Below, piece after piece: positions 20,555 through 29,644 of a DNA stretch of 64,000 bases. The stretch covers positions 534 through 64,533 of the forward strand of contig JBAZKV010000004.1 in the NCBI GenBank assembly GCA_041650635.1. Reading direction: 5' to 3'. A program made the translations under genes and the position numbers. This DNA is from Candidatus Margulisiibacteriota bacterium. Lineage in GTDB: Bacteria; Margulisbacteria; WOR-1; JAKLHX01; JBAZKV01. The notes beneath the pieces were generated by a model that was not told the DNA's origin, searched no databases, and saw only the letters and a program-made list of their open reading frames with translations. Positions within the stretch are counted from its first letter, which is position 1. Each line of letters starts with the position of its first letter.

Positions 20555-20980
20555 ATGCACATAAAACCCAAACCCGGCCGCCTTTTTATCGGAAGATTTG
20601 AATCGGGGGAAAACCTTCTCGAAGCATTGACCTCGTTTTGCAAAAAAGAGAACATCCGTCTCGGAGTTTTTAATGTTATCGGCGCCGTCAGGAATGTAAA
20701 GCTGGGATATTATGAGCAATCAACAAAGAAATACACTGATTGCGCTTCTATCGACAAGAAGCTTGAAATTTCCAACTGTACAGGGAATATTTCATTAAAG
20801 GACGGAGAAATATTGGTCCATGCGCACATCACGCTCGCGGATTTTGAAGGAAAAGCTTTTGGCGGGCACTTAATGCCGGGTACAGAGATCTTTGCGGCAG
20901 AATATTTTATTCAAGAATTGACGGGCGGAGAACTTAACAGGGTCAAAGATGAAAAAACAGGATTGCCGCTCTGGGGCTGA
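20555..20980 (+). CDS. PPC/DUF296 domain protein (plants-and-prokaryotes-conserved DNA-binding-like domain)
   Basis: A 141-aa protein. The stretch LGVFNVIGAVRNVKLGYY...GEILVHAHITLADFEGKAFGGHLMPGTEIFAAE fits the DUF296 pattern. Confidence 0.55.
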   Translation: MHIKPKPGRLFIGRFESGENLLEALTSFCKKENIRLGVFNVIGAVRNVKLGYYEQSTKKYTDCASIDKKLEISNCTGNISLKDGEILVHAHITLADFEGKAFGGHLMPGTEIFAAEYFIQELTGGELNRVKDEKTGLPLWG

Positions 20981-22327
20981 TCAGGAGACTTCTTCGTCGA
21001 GGCGGTTTTTCCAAAGATAATGTCTGGTTTCTTTGACTATTACCCCGCTAAGAAGCAGTAAAGAGACCAGGTTAGGAAGAGCCATGAGGCCGTTGGCTAT
21101 ATCAGCCGCGTCCCACACGAAAGAAAGCGAAAATACCGAACCGAAATAAACCATAACGCACCAAAGAGCCCTGTACGGGAATATCAATTTATGCCCGCCC
21201 AGATATTCAATAGCTTTTTCCCCGTAATAGGACCACCCTATAAGAGTTGAATAGACAAAAGTAAGCAAAGCAAAGGTCAACACAACGGGGCCTATGCCGA
21301 GCACACTTCCAAAAGCCGCGCTGGTAAGAAGGGGTGCCGCAAGGCCTTTCTGCCACACACCCGTGTTCACCAAAACAAGACCCGTCAAAAGACAGACGAC
21401 AACGGTATCCCAAAAAGTCCCGGTAGAAGATACCAGCGCCTGTCTAACAGGGTTCCTTGCTCTAGAAGCTGCGGCTGCGATAGGAGCGCTTCCCATTCCT
21501 GATTCGTTGGAGAACAGCCCCCTGGCAACGCCGTATCTCATGGCCATAAGCCAAGAAGCCCCTGCAAACCCTCCTGCAACCCCGTGCGCCGTGAAAGCGC
21601 TGGTAATGATCAGCCGTATCGTTTCAGGAATAGATGTTATGCCGACAGCAAGAATAATAAGACAGCCGGAAATGTAAAAGATGGCCATGAACGGGACAAG
21701 AAAAGTGCACACTTTTGCGATGCTTTTTATCCCTCCCAAAATAACGGCCGCGGTCAAAACAGCCAGGACAAGACCCGAGACCTCCGGGGCAACAGAAAAT
21801 GTGTCTTTCATAAGACAGGCAATAGAATTTGCCTGGACCGTACAGCCGATACCAAAAGCAGCTGCCGAGGTCAGAACAGCAAAGATAACGGCAAGCCATT
21901 TCATTTTAAGGCCGCGCTCAAGCACATACATAGGCCCGCCCGCCATTTCCCCGGTCTTTGATACGGTCCTGTATTTGACGGAAAGAAGGGCCTCGGAATA
22001 TTTTGTGGCCATTCCAAAGATCCCCGTTATCCATAGCCAAAAGACAGCCCCGGGACCCCCGATAGAAACAGCCGTGGCAACACCGATGATATTGCCGGTG
22101 CCGATAGTTGCCGCTAGGGCGGTCATCAAGGACCCCATCGGGCTGACATCGCCCCTGGCTTTTTCATCTTTTTTTGAAACGGAGAGCCGGATACCTTTGC
22201 CGACATGCCTCTGGACAAACTTTAGGCGGAGCGTCAAAAAGATATGCGTGCCGAGAAGAAGCGCCAGCATGGGAGGCCCCCAGACGAGGCCGTTAAAATA
22301 GGAAAGGAACGCTTCAATATTTGGCAT
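20981..22327 (-). CDS. Sodium:alanine/glycine symporter (AGCS family)
   Basis: A 448-aa polytopic membrane protein with an AGCS-type N-terminus (FLSYFNGLVWGPPMLALLLGTHIFLTLRLKFVQRH). Confidence 0.88.
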   Translation of the reverse strand: MPNIEAFLSYFNGLVWGPPMLALLLGTHIFLTLRLKFVQRHVGKGIRLSVSKKDEKARGDVSPMGSLMTALAATIGTGNIIGVATAVSIGGPGAVFWLWITGIFGMATKYSEALLSVKYRTVSKTGEMAGGPMYVLERGLKMKWLAVIFAVLTSAAAFGIGCTVQANSIACLMKDTFSVAPEVSGLVLAVLTAAVILGGIKSIAKVCTFLVPFMAIFYISGCLIILAVGITSIPETIRLIITSAFTAHGVAGGFAGASWLMAMRYGVARGLFSNESGMGSAPIAAAASRARNPVRQALVSSTGTFWDTVVVCLLTGLVLVNTGVWQKGLAAPLLTSAAFGSVLGIGPVVLTFALLTFVYSTLIGWSYYGEKAIEYLGGHKLIFPYRALWCVMVYFGSVFSLSFVWDAADIANGLMALPNLVSLLLLSGVIVKETRHYLWKNRLDEEVS

Positions 22328-22385
22328 AGCGGATAACTTTCAAATACTACCATAATATTTATAACTGTTCAGCCCTTCCCCCCTG

Positions 22386-22408
22386 CCCCTCTCCAAGAGG
22401 GAGAGGGG
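22386..22408. other. GC-rich stem-loop in the divergent promoter region
   Basis: CCCCTCTCC (22386-22394) pairs perfectly with GGAGAGGGG (22400-22408) around the loop AAGAG. It lies about 50 nt upstream of the decarboxylase ATG. Confidence 0.4.
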
Positions 22409-22456
22409 TTAGGGTTATTGAATCCCAATCCCGGATAAAGTATTATCAGTTTATCT

Positions 22457-23905
22457 ATGAACGACCAAGCCAATGTGATGGGGCAGCCGGTTCCTTTATG
22501 GGAAAAAGAATATGAACTGCCGCTCCACATATACAGCGCCGCGCAAATAAGAAGAAATCTCAAAGCATTCAAGAATATTTTTGCCGATAACTACCCAAAG
22601 GGTCGGGTCTGTTTTGCCGCAAAAGCATGTACACATCAGGAAACCCTGAGAATAGTCAATGAAGAAGGCTGCGGGGCCGATGTGGCCTCCTATAACGAGA
22701 CAAGGTGCGCGCTTGAGGCCGGGATCCCGCCCGAAATGCTGGACCTTAACGGCAACTGCAAGGAAGACTTTCTTATTAAAGATGCAATAAACAGGGGGAT
22801 GAACATCGTTGCCGACAGCCTGGAAGAGTTTGAGAACATCTGTGCAATAGCCAAGACTCTAGGCAAAACGCCCAGAGTCTTGCTCAGGATAAGCGGATAC
22901 GAACTGGACGATATAACAGCGGACAGCTATTTTACTTCCGGTTTGTGGACAAAATTCGGGGTGCCTCTGCGCGATATCCCCGCCTTTATCGGAAGGCTTA
23001 AGAACTATCCTCAGATAGAATTTGCGGGGTTCCACACGCATATAGGCTCCCAGATCGCCCAGTTGGAGCCTTTTTTGGCAGTCCTTGGCAAGATGATAGA
23101 AATGTGCGGACTTATGAACTCGTCCGGCATACAATGTAAAGTCCTTAATCTTGGCGGTGGTTTCCCTGTAAGATATGTTGAAAAAGACACTTGGGATCAT
23201 ATTGTTCAAAGGATACGGAAGGGATATCTGGATGCGGAAGCAGGCGACCCCAAACATGTTTTTGTCTGGCACGACGGGCTCGCGGGGTTTACCACCGAGA
23301 CCAACGCAAAAATACATCTTGAAAAATGGACTGGCGAGCGGTTTTATACTCCTTATCCCAAAGAAAAGATGCTGGAAGCCGTGCTTAAAGGGCAGGTCAA
23401 GGTAAACGGCAAGACAGTAAATGCGGTCAAAGCCCTGCAGGATATCGGAAGCCCGATGCTGACTATTGAGCCGGGCCGAGCCGTTGTTGAAGATGCGGGG
23501 ATCACCCTTGCGAAAGTCAGCATTGTGCGAAAAGTCGCATATGAGCACGATCTGGTGACCATAGAATTAGGCGTTACCAGCCACTGCGAATCTTTGCTTG
23601 AAAAGCCTGTGCGAAAGTGGGAGCTAGCGGATAAGTCCTTTAGCAATGACGATAGGCCTTTTGAGGCCTTTATCGGAGGCAACCTCTGCTTTTCCGGGGA
23701 TATGATCTCAAAATATAAGGTCTTTTTGGAAAGAAAGCCTAAAAGAGGGGATGTTCTCATCATTTATGACACGGGTGCCTATTCTTCTTCTCTTATGTCC
23801 GCCAACAGCAATTCATTCCCGCGGCCCGCGAGGGTGCTTGTTAAAGAGGACGGGACGAAGGTTGTGATGAAGCATAGGGATAAGTTCGAGCAAATCTTTT
23901 CCTGA
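22457..23905 (+). CDS. PLP-dependent decarboxylase of fold-type III (Orn/DAP/Arg decarboxylase family)
   Basis: FAAKAC carries the PLP-lysine context. HTHIGSQ, GGGF and EPGRAVV are present, and CFSGD is the active-site Cys motif. At 482 aa it is longer than a typical LysA, so substrate specificity is not assigned. Confidence 0.8.
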   Translation: MNDQANVMGQPVPLWEKEYELPLHIYSAAQIRRNLKAFKNIFADNYPKGRVCFAAKACTHQETLRIVNEEGCGADVASYNETRCALEAGIPPEMLDLNGNCKEDFLIKDAINRGMNIVADSLEEFENICAIAKTLGKTPRVLLRISGYELDDITADSYFTSGLWTKFGVPLRDIPAFIGRLKNYPQIEFAGFHTHIGSQIAQLEPFLAVLGKMIEMCGLMNSSGIQCKVLNLGGGFPVRYVEKDTWDHIVQRIRKGYLDAEAGDPKHVFVWHDGLAGFTTETNAKIHLEKWTGERFYTPYPKEKMLEAVLKGQVKVNGKTVNAVKALQDIGSPMLTIEPGRAVVEDAGITLAKVSIVRKVAYEHDLVTIELGVTSHCESLLEKPVRKWELADKSFSNDDRPFEAFIGGNLCFSGDMISKYKVFLERKPKRGDVLIIYDTGAYSSSLMSANSNSFPRPARVLVKEDGTKVVMKHRDKFEQIFS

Positions 23906-23908
23906 TAT

Positions 23909-24439
23909 CTACCAATCCAACCCCTCAATCCCTTTTTCCCCCTTGTCGTAATAATGTTTTATTTTCTGCATCCTGGTGATGAGGTCGACTTTTGTTGATA
24001 TTTCCGGGGGCAGGATGCGGCCGGTCAATATTAAATGGGGGACGGCGCGCGATCCCGGTACGGGCACGCGGCCGCGTGCCCCAACCAGATCAATTATATC
24101 CCCCATCGGCAACAACCCGGCCGCAACGGCATCTAATATCTCGTCCAGCACTATCAGAAAATATTTTCCGGAGGCGATCATCTGGTTTGCCATGGCAAGG
24201 CCTTCTTTGGCCTTTTTTATGTGAATATCTTTGGGCGCCCTGTCAAATACAAAGGTTTTGTCGCCGACCAGGCGGATGTCTATATTTGAACCGGACAAAT
24301 ATTTATATTCCCCGGTTTTGTCGCTGCCCTTCAAAAATTGCAGGACCGCGACTTTTTTGCTGTGCCCCGCGGCGCGGAGCGCATGTCCAACCGCCGCAGA
24401 GGTCTTTCCTTCGCCGTCACCTATAAAGGCTAGGATCAT
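23909..24439 (-). CDS. cobO: Cob(I)yrinic acid a,c-diamide / cob(I)alamin adenosyltransferase (CobA/CobO/BtuR family)
   Basis: A 176-aa protein with a P-loop-like GDGEGKTSAAVGHALRAAGHSKKVAVLQFLKG, collinear with BtuR/CobO. Confidence 0.8.
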   Translation of the reverse strand: MILAFIGDGEGKTSAAVGHALRAAGHSKKVAVLQFLKGSDKTGEYKYLSGSNIDIRLVGDKTFVFDRAPKDIHIKKAKEGLAMANQMIASGKYFLIVLDEILDAVAAGLLPMGDIIDLVGARGRVPVPGSRAVPHLILTGRILPPEISTKVDLITRMQKIKHYYDKGEKGIEGLDW

Positions 24440-24442
24440 CTA

Positions 24443-26770
24443 TTACCAGCATTTAGAATAGCCGCAGGCCCTGCAGATTATACAGCCTTCGCTGAATTCG
24501 ACCATGTTGCCGCATTCGGGGCACTCGGGACACATGCCCGGGTTCTTGTCCCTGCCGTCGTTTATCGGCATTGCGGCTCCGGCGTAAGCAATTGGCTCAG
24601 TCTCTAACGCAGCTGTTGCCACAACCGGGTCTACCAAAAGGGCGGGCTCGGATTCGGAAGCATCGCAGTGCTTGCCGTTGCCGTTGTGAAGGTATTTTTC
24701 TATCGTCTTTCCTATGGCATCAGGGCAGGACAAAACCATGCCGCCGTTAACCCATAGGGGTGACGGACAGCGGATCCCTTTTATCTGTTTTACAATTGCC
24801 TCCCGCTCTATCCCGCACCTGAGGCAAAGTGAAATAAGCCGGCTGATAGCTTCGGACTGGGAGGCCGCACAGCCGCCGGATTTGCCCATCTTTGCAAAGA
24901 TCTCGCAGAGCCCGGCCCCGTCCTCATTGACGGTTATATAAAGATTTCCGCAGCCGGTGCCGACCCGGATAGTTTTTCCTATGGTTTCGTTGGGCCGCTC
25001 GCGGGGAATGATCCCGTCCATTTTCTTTTCTTTGATCTTGGCGCTTTCAATGTTCAGGACCTGGGCTTCCCTGCTCTTGTCGCGGTATATGGTGATCCCT
25101 TTGCAGCCCTCCTTATAGGAGAACAGGTAGGAGTTCTTGACATCGTCCACTGTTGCCGACTGGCAAAAATTGACGGTTTTGGACACGGCGTTATCTACAT
25201 ATTTTTGGAATGCCGCCTGCATGCGGATGTGCCATTCCGCAGAAATGTCGTGGGCGGTGACAAAGACCCTTTTAACATCGTCAGGCACCTCGTCAATGTC
25301 GTGTACGCCGCCTTTTTCGGCGATCTTTTTCATCAATTCTTCACTGTAAAATCCTCTTTCTATCGCAACTTTTTTGAAGTGCGGATTTACTTCTACCATT
25401 TCCGTGTTGTCCATGACCCTTCTTATGTAGGAAATAGCGAACAAGGGCTCTACTCCCGAAGAACAGTTGGCAATAATGCTTATGGTGCCGGCAGGGGCAA
25501 TTGTTGTTGTGGTGGCATTCCTGTATTTGGGGCCGTTCTGTATATCGTAAATGCTGCCCTTGAAGTTGGCGAACACGCCCCTTTCTTCGGCAAGTTTTGA
25601 TGACACCTTTTTGCTTTCTTCCTGTATGAACTTCATCACTTTCTCGCCGATAGCCACCGCTTTTTTGGTGTTGTAAGGGATCTTGAGCATAATTAGCATG
25701 TCGGCAAAGCCCATCACGCCCAGACCGATCTTTCGGTTGGACTTTGTGGTTTCTTCGATCTTTTTAAGCGGATATTTGTTCATTTCTATCACATTGTCAA
25801 GAAAGCGGGTCGCAAGATGGATGGTCCTTCTCAGCTTGTCCCAGTCTATATCCGCATGGCCGGCTTCATGAAAGCGCACCATTTTGCTAAGGTTGATGGA
25901 GCCCAAATTGCAGGATTCATAAGAAAGCAAGGGCTGCTCCCCGCAAGGATTCGTGGCCTCTATCTCTCCGACCAATGGGGTCGGGTTGAAAGCGTTAAGA
26001 CGGTCTATAAAGACTATGCCGGGGTCCCCGTTCTTCCAGGCCATTTCTGTTATAAGGTCGAACACCTCTCTTGCGCTGAGCTGCTTCACTTTTTCTTTTG
26101 TTCTGGGGTTGATAAGGTCATACATCCTGCCGTCCTCTACCGCGTCCATGAACTCGTCAGTTACGGCGACTGAGATATTGAAGTTGTTTATTTTGCTGTT
26201 GTCCCTTTTGCAGGTTATAAAATCAAGGATGTCGGGATGGTCGACCCTCAAAATACCCATGTTTGCGCCCCTGCGGGTCCCTCCCTGTTTTACGGCTTCG
26301 GTCGCGGCGTCAAAAACGGTCATAAAGGACACAGGGCCGGAAGAGATCCCCTTTGTGGTCATCACCATATCGTCTTTTGGCCTGAGGCTGGAAAAAGAAA
26401 AGCCTGTGCCGCCGCCGCTCTTGTGTATAAGGGCCGTCTCTTTTACTGTTTCAAAGATGTCTTCAAGCGAGTCCTTTATTGGGAGAACAAAACAGGCGGA
26501 GAGCTGCTGGAGCTCCCTGCCGGCGTTCATGAGCGTCGGGGAGTTCGGTAAAAACTCAAGGGCGGTCATCATCCTGAAGAATTCCTCTTCGTACCTTTTG
26601 GCTTCGATGGAGGAGGAGAACTTTGCCTCCGCGGAAGAAATATTTTCCGCAACCCTCTTGAAAAGATCTCCCGGTTTTTCCACGATATTGCCCTTTTTAT
26701 CGCGCTTAAGATACCTTTTTTCCAGCACCTTTATCGAATTTTCGGACAGGTTCAGCTCTTCTTTTGGCAT
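24443..26770 (-). CDS. nrdJ: Adenosylcobalamin-dependent (class II) ribonucleotide reductase, long form with a C-terminal Cys-rich zinc-finger tail
   Basis: A 775-aa protein. The N-terminus is LSENSIKVLEKRYLKRDKKGNIVE. It has a conserved class II core and a C-terminal CPECPECGNMVEFSEGCIICRACGYSKC. Confidence 0.93.
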   Translation of the reverse strand: MPKEELNLSENSIKVLEKRYLKRDKKGNIVEKPGDLFKRVAENISSAEAKFSSSIEAKRYEEEFFRMMTALEFLPNSPTLMNAGRELQQLSACFVLPIKDSLEDIFETVKETALIHKSGGGTGFSFSSLRPKDDMVMTTKGISSGPVSFMTVFDAATEAVKQGGTRRGANMGILRVDHPDILDFITCKRDNSKINNFNISVAVTDEFMDAVEDGRMYDLINPRTKEKVKQLSAREVFDLITEMAWKNGDPGIVFIDRLNAFNPTPLVGEIEATNPCGEQPLLSYESCNLGSINLSKMVRFHEAGHADIDWDKLRRTIHLATRFLDNVIEMNKYPLKKIEETTKSNRKIGLGVMGFADMLIMLKIPYNTKKAVAIGEKVMKFIQEESKKVSSKLAEERGVFANFKGSIYDIQNGPKYRNATTTTIAPAGTISIIANCSSGVEPLFAISYIRRVMDNTEMVEVNPHFKKVAIERGFYSEELMKKIAEKGGVHDIDEVPDDVKRVFVTAHDISAEWHIRMQAAFQKYVDNAVSKTVNFCQSATVDDVKNSYLFSYKEGCKGITIYRDKSREAQVLNIESAKIKEKKMDGIIPRERPNETIGKTIRVGTGCGNLYITVNEDGAGLCEIFAKMGKSGGCAASQSEAISRLISLCLRCGIEREAIVKQIKGIRCPSPLWVNGGMVLSCPDAIGKTIEKYLHNGNGKHCDASESEPALLVDPVVATAALETEPIAYAGAAMPINDGRDKNPGMCPECPECGNMVEFSEGCIICRACGYSKCW

Positions 26771-26796
26771 TGCAGCCTTCCTCCTTTATTTGGGGA

Positions 26797-27243
26797 TCAA
26801 GACAGTGTTTTTATCTCTTTAACAAAATCCGAGACGCTTTCGAACTGGCGGTAGACCGAGGCAAATCTGACATAAGCCACTTTGTCAAGCTTTTGAAGTT
26901 TGTCCATCACTATCCCGCCTATGTTGACCGTTGACACTTCTCTTCCGTATTCCGAATACAGATACTTCTCGACCTCGTCCGCGATCTGTTCCACATCTTC
27001 CATTCTTACGGGCCTTTTTTCGCAGGCTTTCAAGATCCCGGAGGCCAGCTTTTCTCTGTCATAGGGCTGGCGGGTCCCATCCTTTTTCATTACATAAAGA
27101 GGCCTTTCTTCCACTCTTTCGTAGGATGTGAATCTGGCCCTGCAGGACAGGCATTCTCTTCTTCTTCTGACCGAGGAGCCCTCGCCTATGGTCCTTGATT
27201 CAATTACTTTATCTTCATCTTTTCCGCAGGCGGGGCATTTCAT
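26797..27243 (-). CDS. nrdR: Transcriptional repressor NrdR
   Basis: A 148-aa protein with a zinc ribbon (MKCPACGKDEDKVIESR...CLSCRARF) and an ATP-cone. Confidence 0.95.
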   Translation of the reverse strand: MKCPACGKDEDKVIESRTIGEGSSVRRRRECLSCRARFTSYERVEERPLYVMKKDGTRQPYDREKLASGILKACEKRPVRMEDVEQIADEVEKYLYSEYGREVSTVNIGGIVMDKLQKLDKVAYVRFASVYRQFESVSDFVKEIKTLS

Positions 27244-27291
27244 CCTTTAACCTCCCAAAACCCTTTATTTAGCGCGGAATTGAAGTATATC

Positions 27292-27311
27292 ACACCACAT
27301 ATGTGGGGTGT
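27292..27311. promoter_or_regulatory. Candidate NrdR box upstream of nrdR
   Basis: ACACCACATATGTGGGGTGT contains the perfect palindrome CCACATATGTGG flanked by ACAC/GTGT-like arms. It resembles the NrdR-box consensus acaCwAtATaTwGtgt. Confidence 0.5.
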
Positions 27312-27343
27312 CAATAGGGGTTTTTACAACTTGAAAAAGCCTG

Positions 27344-29116
27344 TCAGGCGCAGCAATAACCGGCGGCAGATCCTCCGGAAAAGTCGCTCTCAACCACAAC
27401 TCTTCCAGTGTCTTCCGGCTTAATACAGAGCTCCTTTTCCTTTTTGCATCCGCTTCTAAAAACGGTAATGCCCTTGCATTTCAATTTGTGGGAAAGCAAA
27501 AAAATGTCCCGTACATCTTCTTTTGTCGCGCCAGGTAAAAGGTTGACCGTCTTTGACACTCCGCCGTCGGTGTATTTTTGGAAGGCTGCTGCCATGCTCA
27601 CATGCCAGTGCGCCGGGATATCGAGACCCCTTGCGAAGAGAGCTTTGATATTGTCAGACATACCCTCAAGGCAGGAAACGCTTCCTTCGTTCAAGAGTAT
27701 GGACTTGATGGTGTCGCTGCTCCAAAATCCGCCCTTTTTTGCGGCCTGTTCGAACATGGTATTATGCTCGGTCACTTCTTCTTTACCTCCCAATTGCCTT
27801 GCCCAGGCCACGGCAAAGATGGGCTCTATTCCGCTGGAGCACCCCGCGATGATGCTGAGCGCCCCGGTTGGCGCAACAGTGGCGACAGAAGCGTTGCGCA
27901 GCGCCTTGAATTTGTTCCTGTATATGCTTTCCTTGAATGCGGGGAATGAGCCCCTGATCTTTCCTAGTTCTTCGGAAGCGGAACGGCCTTCTTCCTGGAC
28001 GAACTTCATTATCTTTTCGGCAAGAGCGACCGCTTTCTGTGAAGAATAGGGGAGCCCCAGTTTTATCAGCAGGTCGGCAAACCCCATTATCCCCAGGCCT
28101 ATCTTTCTAGAGGCTTTTGTCGCTTCTTCTATTTGGGGCAGGGGATATTTTGAGGCATCAATGAGGTCATCGAGGAATCTTACCGCCAGATGAACGGTGT
28201 CCCCGAGTTTTTTGAAATCAACGCCGTCCCCTTTGGCAAACTCGCAGATAGCTATCGAGCCAAGAACACAGGCCTCGTAAGGAAGCAGGGGCTGTTCGCC
28301 GCATGGATTGGTGGCTTCTATCCTCCCCAGTTTAGGCAGAGGATTGTCCCGGTTTATCCTGTCGGCAAAAAGCACCCCCGGGTCGCCGCTTTCCCAGGCA
28401 TTTTCTACCAGCTTAAGGAACAGTTCGTGAGCGTCCTTTCTTGCGCAGGGCTTTTTTGTCCTCGGGTCAATTACCGGATAGCTGCCGCCCTTTTTAAGGG
28501 AAGCCATGAACTTGTCGCTTATGAGCACCGACAGATTAAAGTTGGTCAAAGAGGCGCGGCCTTTTTTGGCCTCGATAAATTCAATGATGTCCGGATGGTC
28601 GAATGGAAGAATGCCCATATTAGCGCCTCTGCGCCTGCCGCCCTGCCTAACGGTGTCTGCGGCGGCATCAAAAAGCCGCATAAAGGATACCGGGCCCGAG
28701 GACACCCCGTGAGTGCGTTTTACTATATCGCCTTTTTTCCTGAGCCCGCCGAAGTTGAAGCCCGTGCCTCCCCCGCTCTGGTGTATCAGCGCGGCGCTCC
28801 TTAGGCAGTCAAATATCGAGGAGAGGCTATCTTCTACGGGAAGGACAAAACAAGCCATCAGCTGTCCAATGTCCGTGCCGGCATTCATAAGAGCAGGAGA
28901 ATTGGGCAGGAACAGCCCGTCGCACATAAGTTCGGCAAAGCGGCGCTCGAGCTGTTTTCGTTGTAAGGCCTGGCAGTAGAGGGCTTCGGCTCCCGCAGCC
29001 GCTTTAGCCGCTCTTTGGAACAACTGCTGAGGGGTTTCGCACACTTTCCCGTTCTTATCCCTGAGGAGATATCTGTTCTTCAGCAGCGCTTCGGCGCTTT
29101 TGGATAGTTTCTTCAT
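27344..29116 (-). CDS. nrdJ: Second class II ribonucleotide reductase paralog, shorter and lacking the zinc-finger tail
   Basis: A 590-aa protein. Its N-terminus (LLKNRYLLRDKNGKVCETPQQLFQRAAKA) is collinear with the 775-aa paralog through the catalytic core. It ends ...GYCCA. Confidence 0.88.
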   Translation of the reverse strand: MKKLSKSAEALLKNRYLLRDKNGKVCETPQQLFQRAAKAAAGAEALYCQALQRKQLERRFAELMCDGLFLPNSPALMNAGTDIGQLMACFVLPVEDSLSSIFDCLRSAALIHQSGGGTGFNFGGLRKKGDIVKRTHGVSSGPVSFMRLFDAAADTVRQGGRRRGANMGILPFDHPDIIEFIEAKKGRASLTNFNLSVLISDKFMASLKKGGSYPVIDPRTKKPCARKDAHELFLKLVENAWESGDPGVLFADRINRDNPLPKLGRIEATNPCGEQPLLPYEACVLGSIAICEFAKGDGVDFKKLGDTVHLAVRFLDDLIDASKYPLPQIEEATKASRKIGLGIMGFADLLIKLGLPYSSQKAVALAEKIMKFVQEEGRSASEELGKIRGSFPAFKESIYRNKFKALRNASVATVAPTGALSIIAGCSSGIEPIFAVAWARQLGGKEEVTEHNTMFEQAAKKGGFWSSDTIKSILLNEGSVSCLEGMSDNIKALFARGLDIPAHWHVSMAAAFQKYTDGGVSKTVNLLPGATKEDVRDIFLLSHKLKCKGITVFRSGCKKEKELCIKPEDTGRVVVESDFSGGSAAGYCCA

Positions 29117-29156
29117 GCCGAAAGTTGATGGGATTGTAGCACAAAGAGGCCGAAAA

Positions 29157-29399
29157 TTACAAGGAAAGATCGCCGGACAGCGCCTGCGCTATCTTTGTCC
29201 TGTCAAAGCCCAGGATCAATTTTCCGTCTATATCTATGACCGGGACCCCTGTCTGTCCCGTCATCTCTATAAGGCGCTTTGCGGCAGTGTTGTCCTCAAG
29301 AACATTGAATTCCTCAAAATCCAGCCCTTTTTCATTAAAGAACCGTTTTGCCTGCTGGCAGAACGGGCACAGGGGGGAAGAATATATGCGGATCGGCAC
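29157..29399 (-). CDS. Glutaredoxin (CPFC active site)
   Basis: An 80-aa protein with SSPLCPFCQQAKRFF...GVPVIDIDGKLILGFD. It starts with GTG at 29397-29399. Confidence 0.85.
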   Translation of the reverse strand: MPIRIYSSPLCPFCQQAKRFFNEKGLDFEEFNVLEDNTAAKRLIEMTGQTGVPVIDIDGKLILGFDRTKIAQALSGDLSL

Positions 29400-29569
29400 T
29401 ATTCTTTTATGATGGCATTCACCGGGCAGGCCTCAACGCACTTTCCGCAGTCGGTGCACTTGGCCGGGTCTATAGTATAAATAGGGTCACCGGAAGCGAT
29501 CGCCTGTACGGGGCACTCCGGCTCGCAGCTTCCGCAGGCTATGCAGGAATCCTGTATTTTGTGTGACAT
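29399..29569 (-). CDS. 2x[4Fe-4S] ferredoxin
   Basis: Read from the sequence: MSHKIQDSCIACGSCEPECPVQAIASGDPIYTIDPAKCTDCGKCVEACPVNAIIKE, two CxxCxxCxxxCP motifs in 56 aa. It is below the 60-aa cutoff of the ORF track. Confidence 0.75.
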   Translation of the reverse strand: MSHKIQDSCIACGSCEPECPVQAIASGDPIYTIDPAKCTDCGKCVEACPVNAIIKE

Positions 29570-29644
29570 GATAATACCTCCCTAAAATTTCAACAAAGAC
29601 CATTCTACACCATGGGTGATTTTCTGACAATAGGGGCAGGCGCC

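Noticed and set aside
22409-22421. A telomere-like GGGTTAGGGTTA repeat
   Set aside because: Only two copies are present, with no functional context in a bacterial chromosome. It is most likely chance.
29607-29620. A possible second NrdR box (ACACCATGGGTGAT) upstream of the ferredoxin gene
   Set aside because: The half-sites are asymmetric and the AT-rich centre typical of NrdR boxes is missing. It is too weak to call without a genome-derived PWM.
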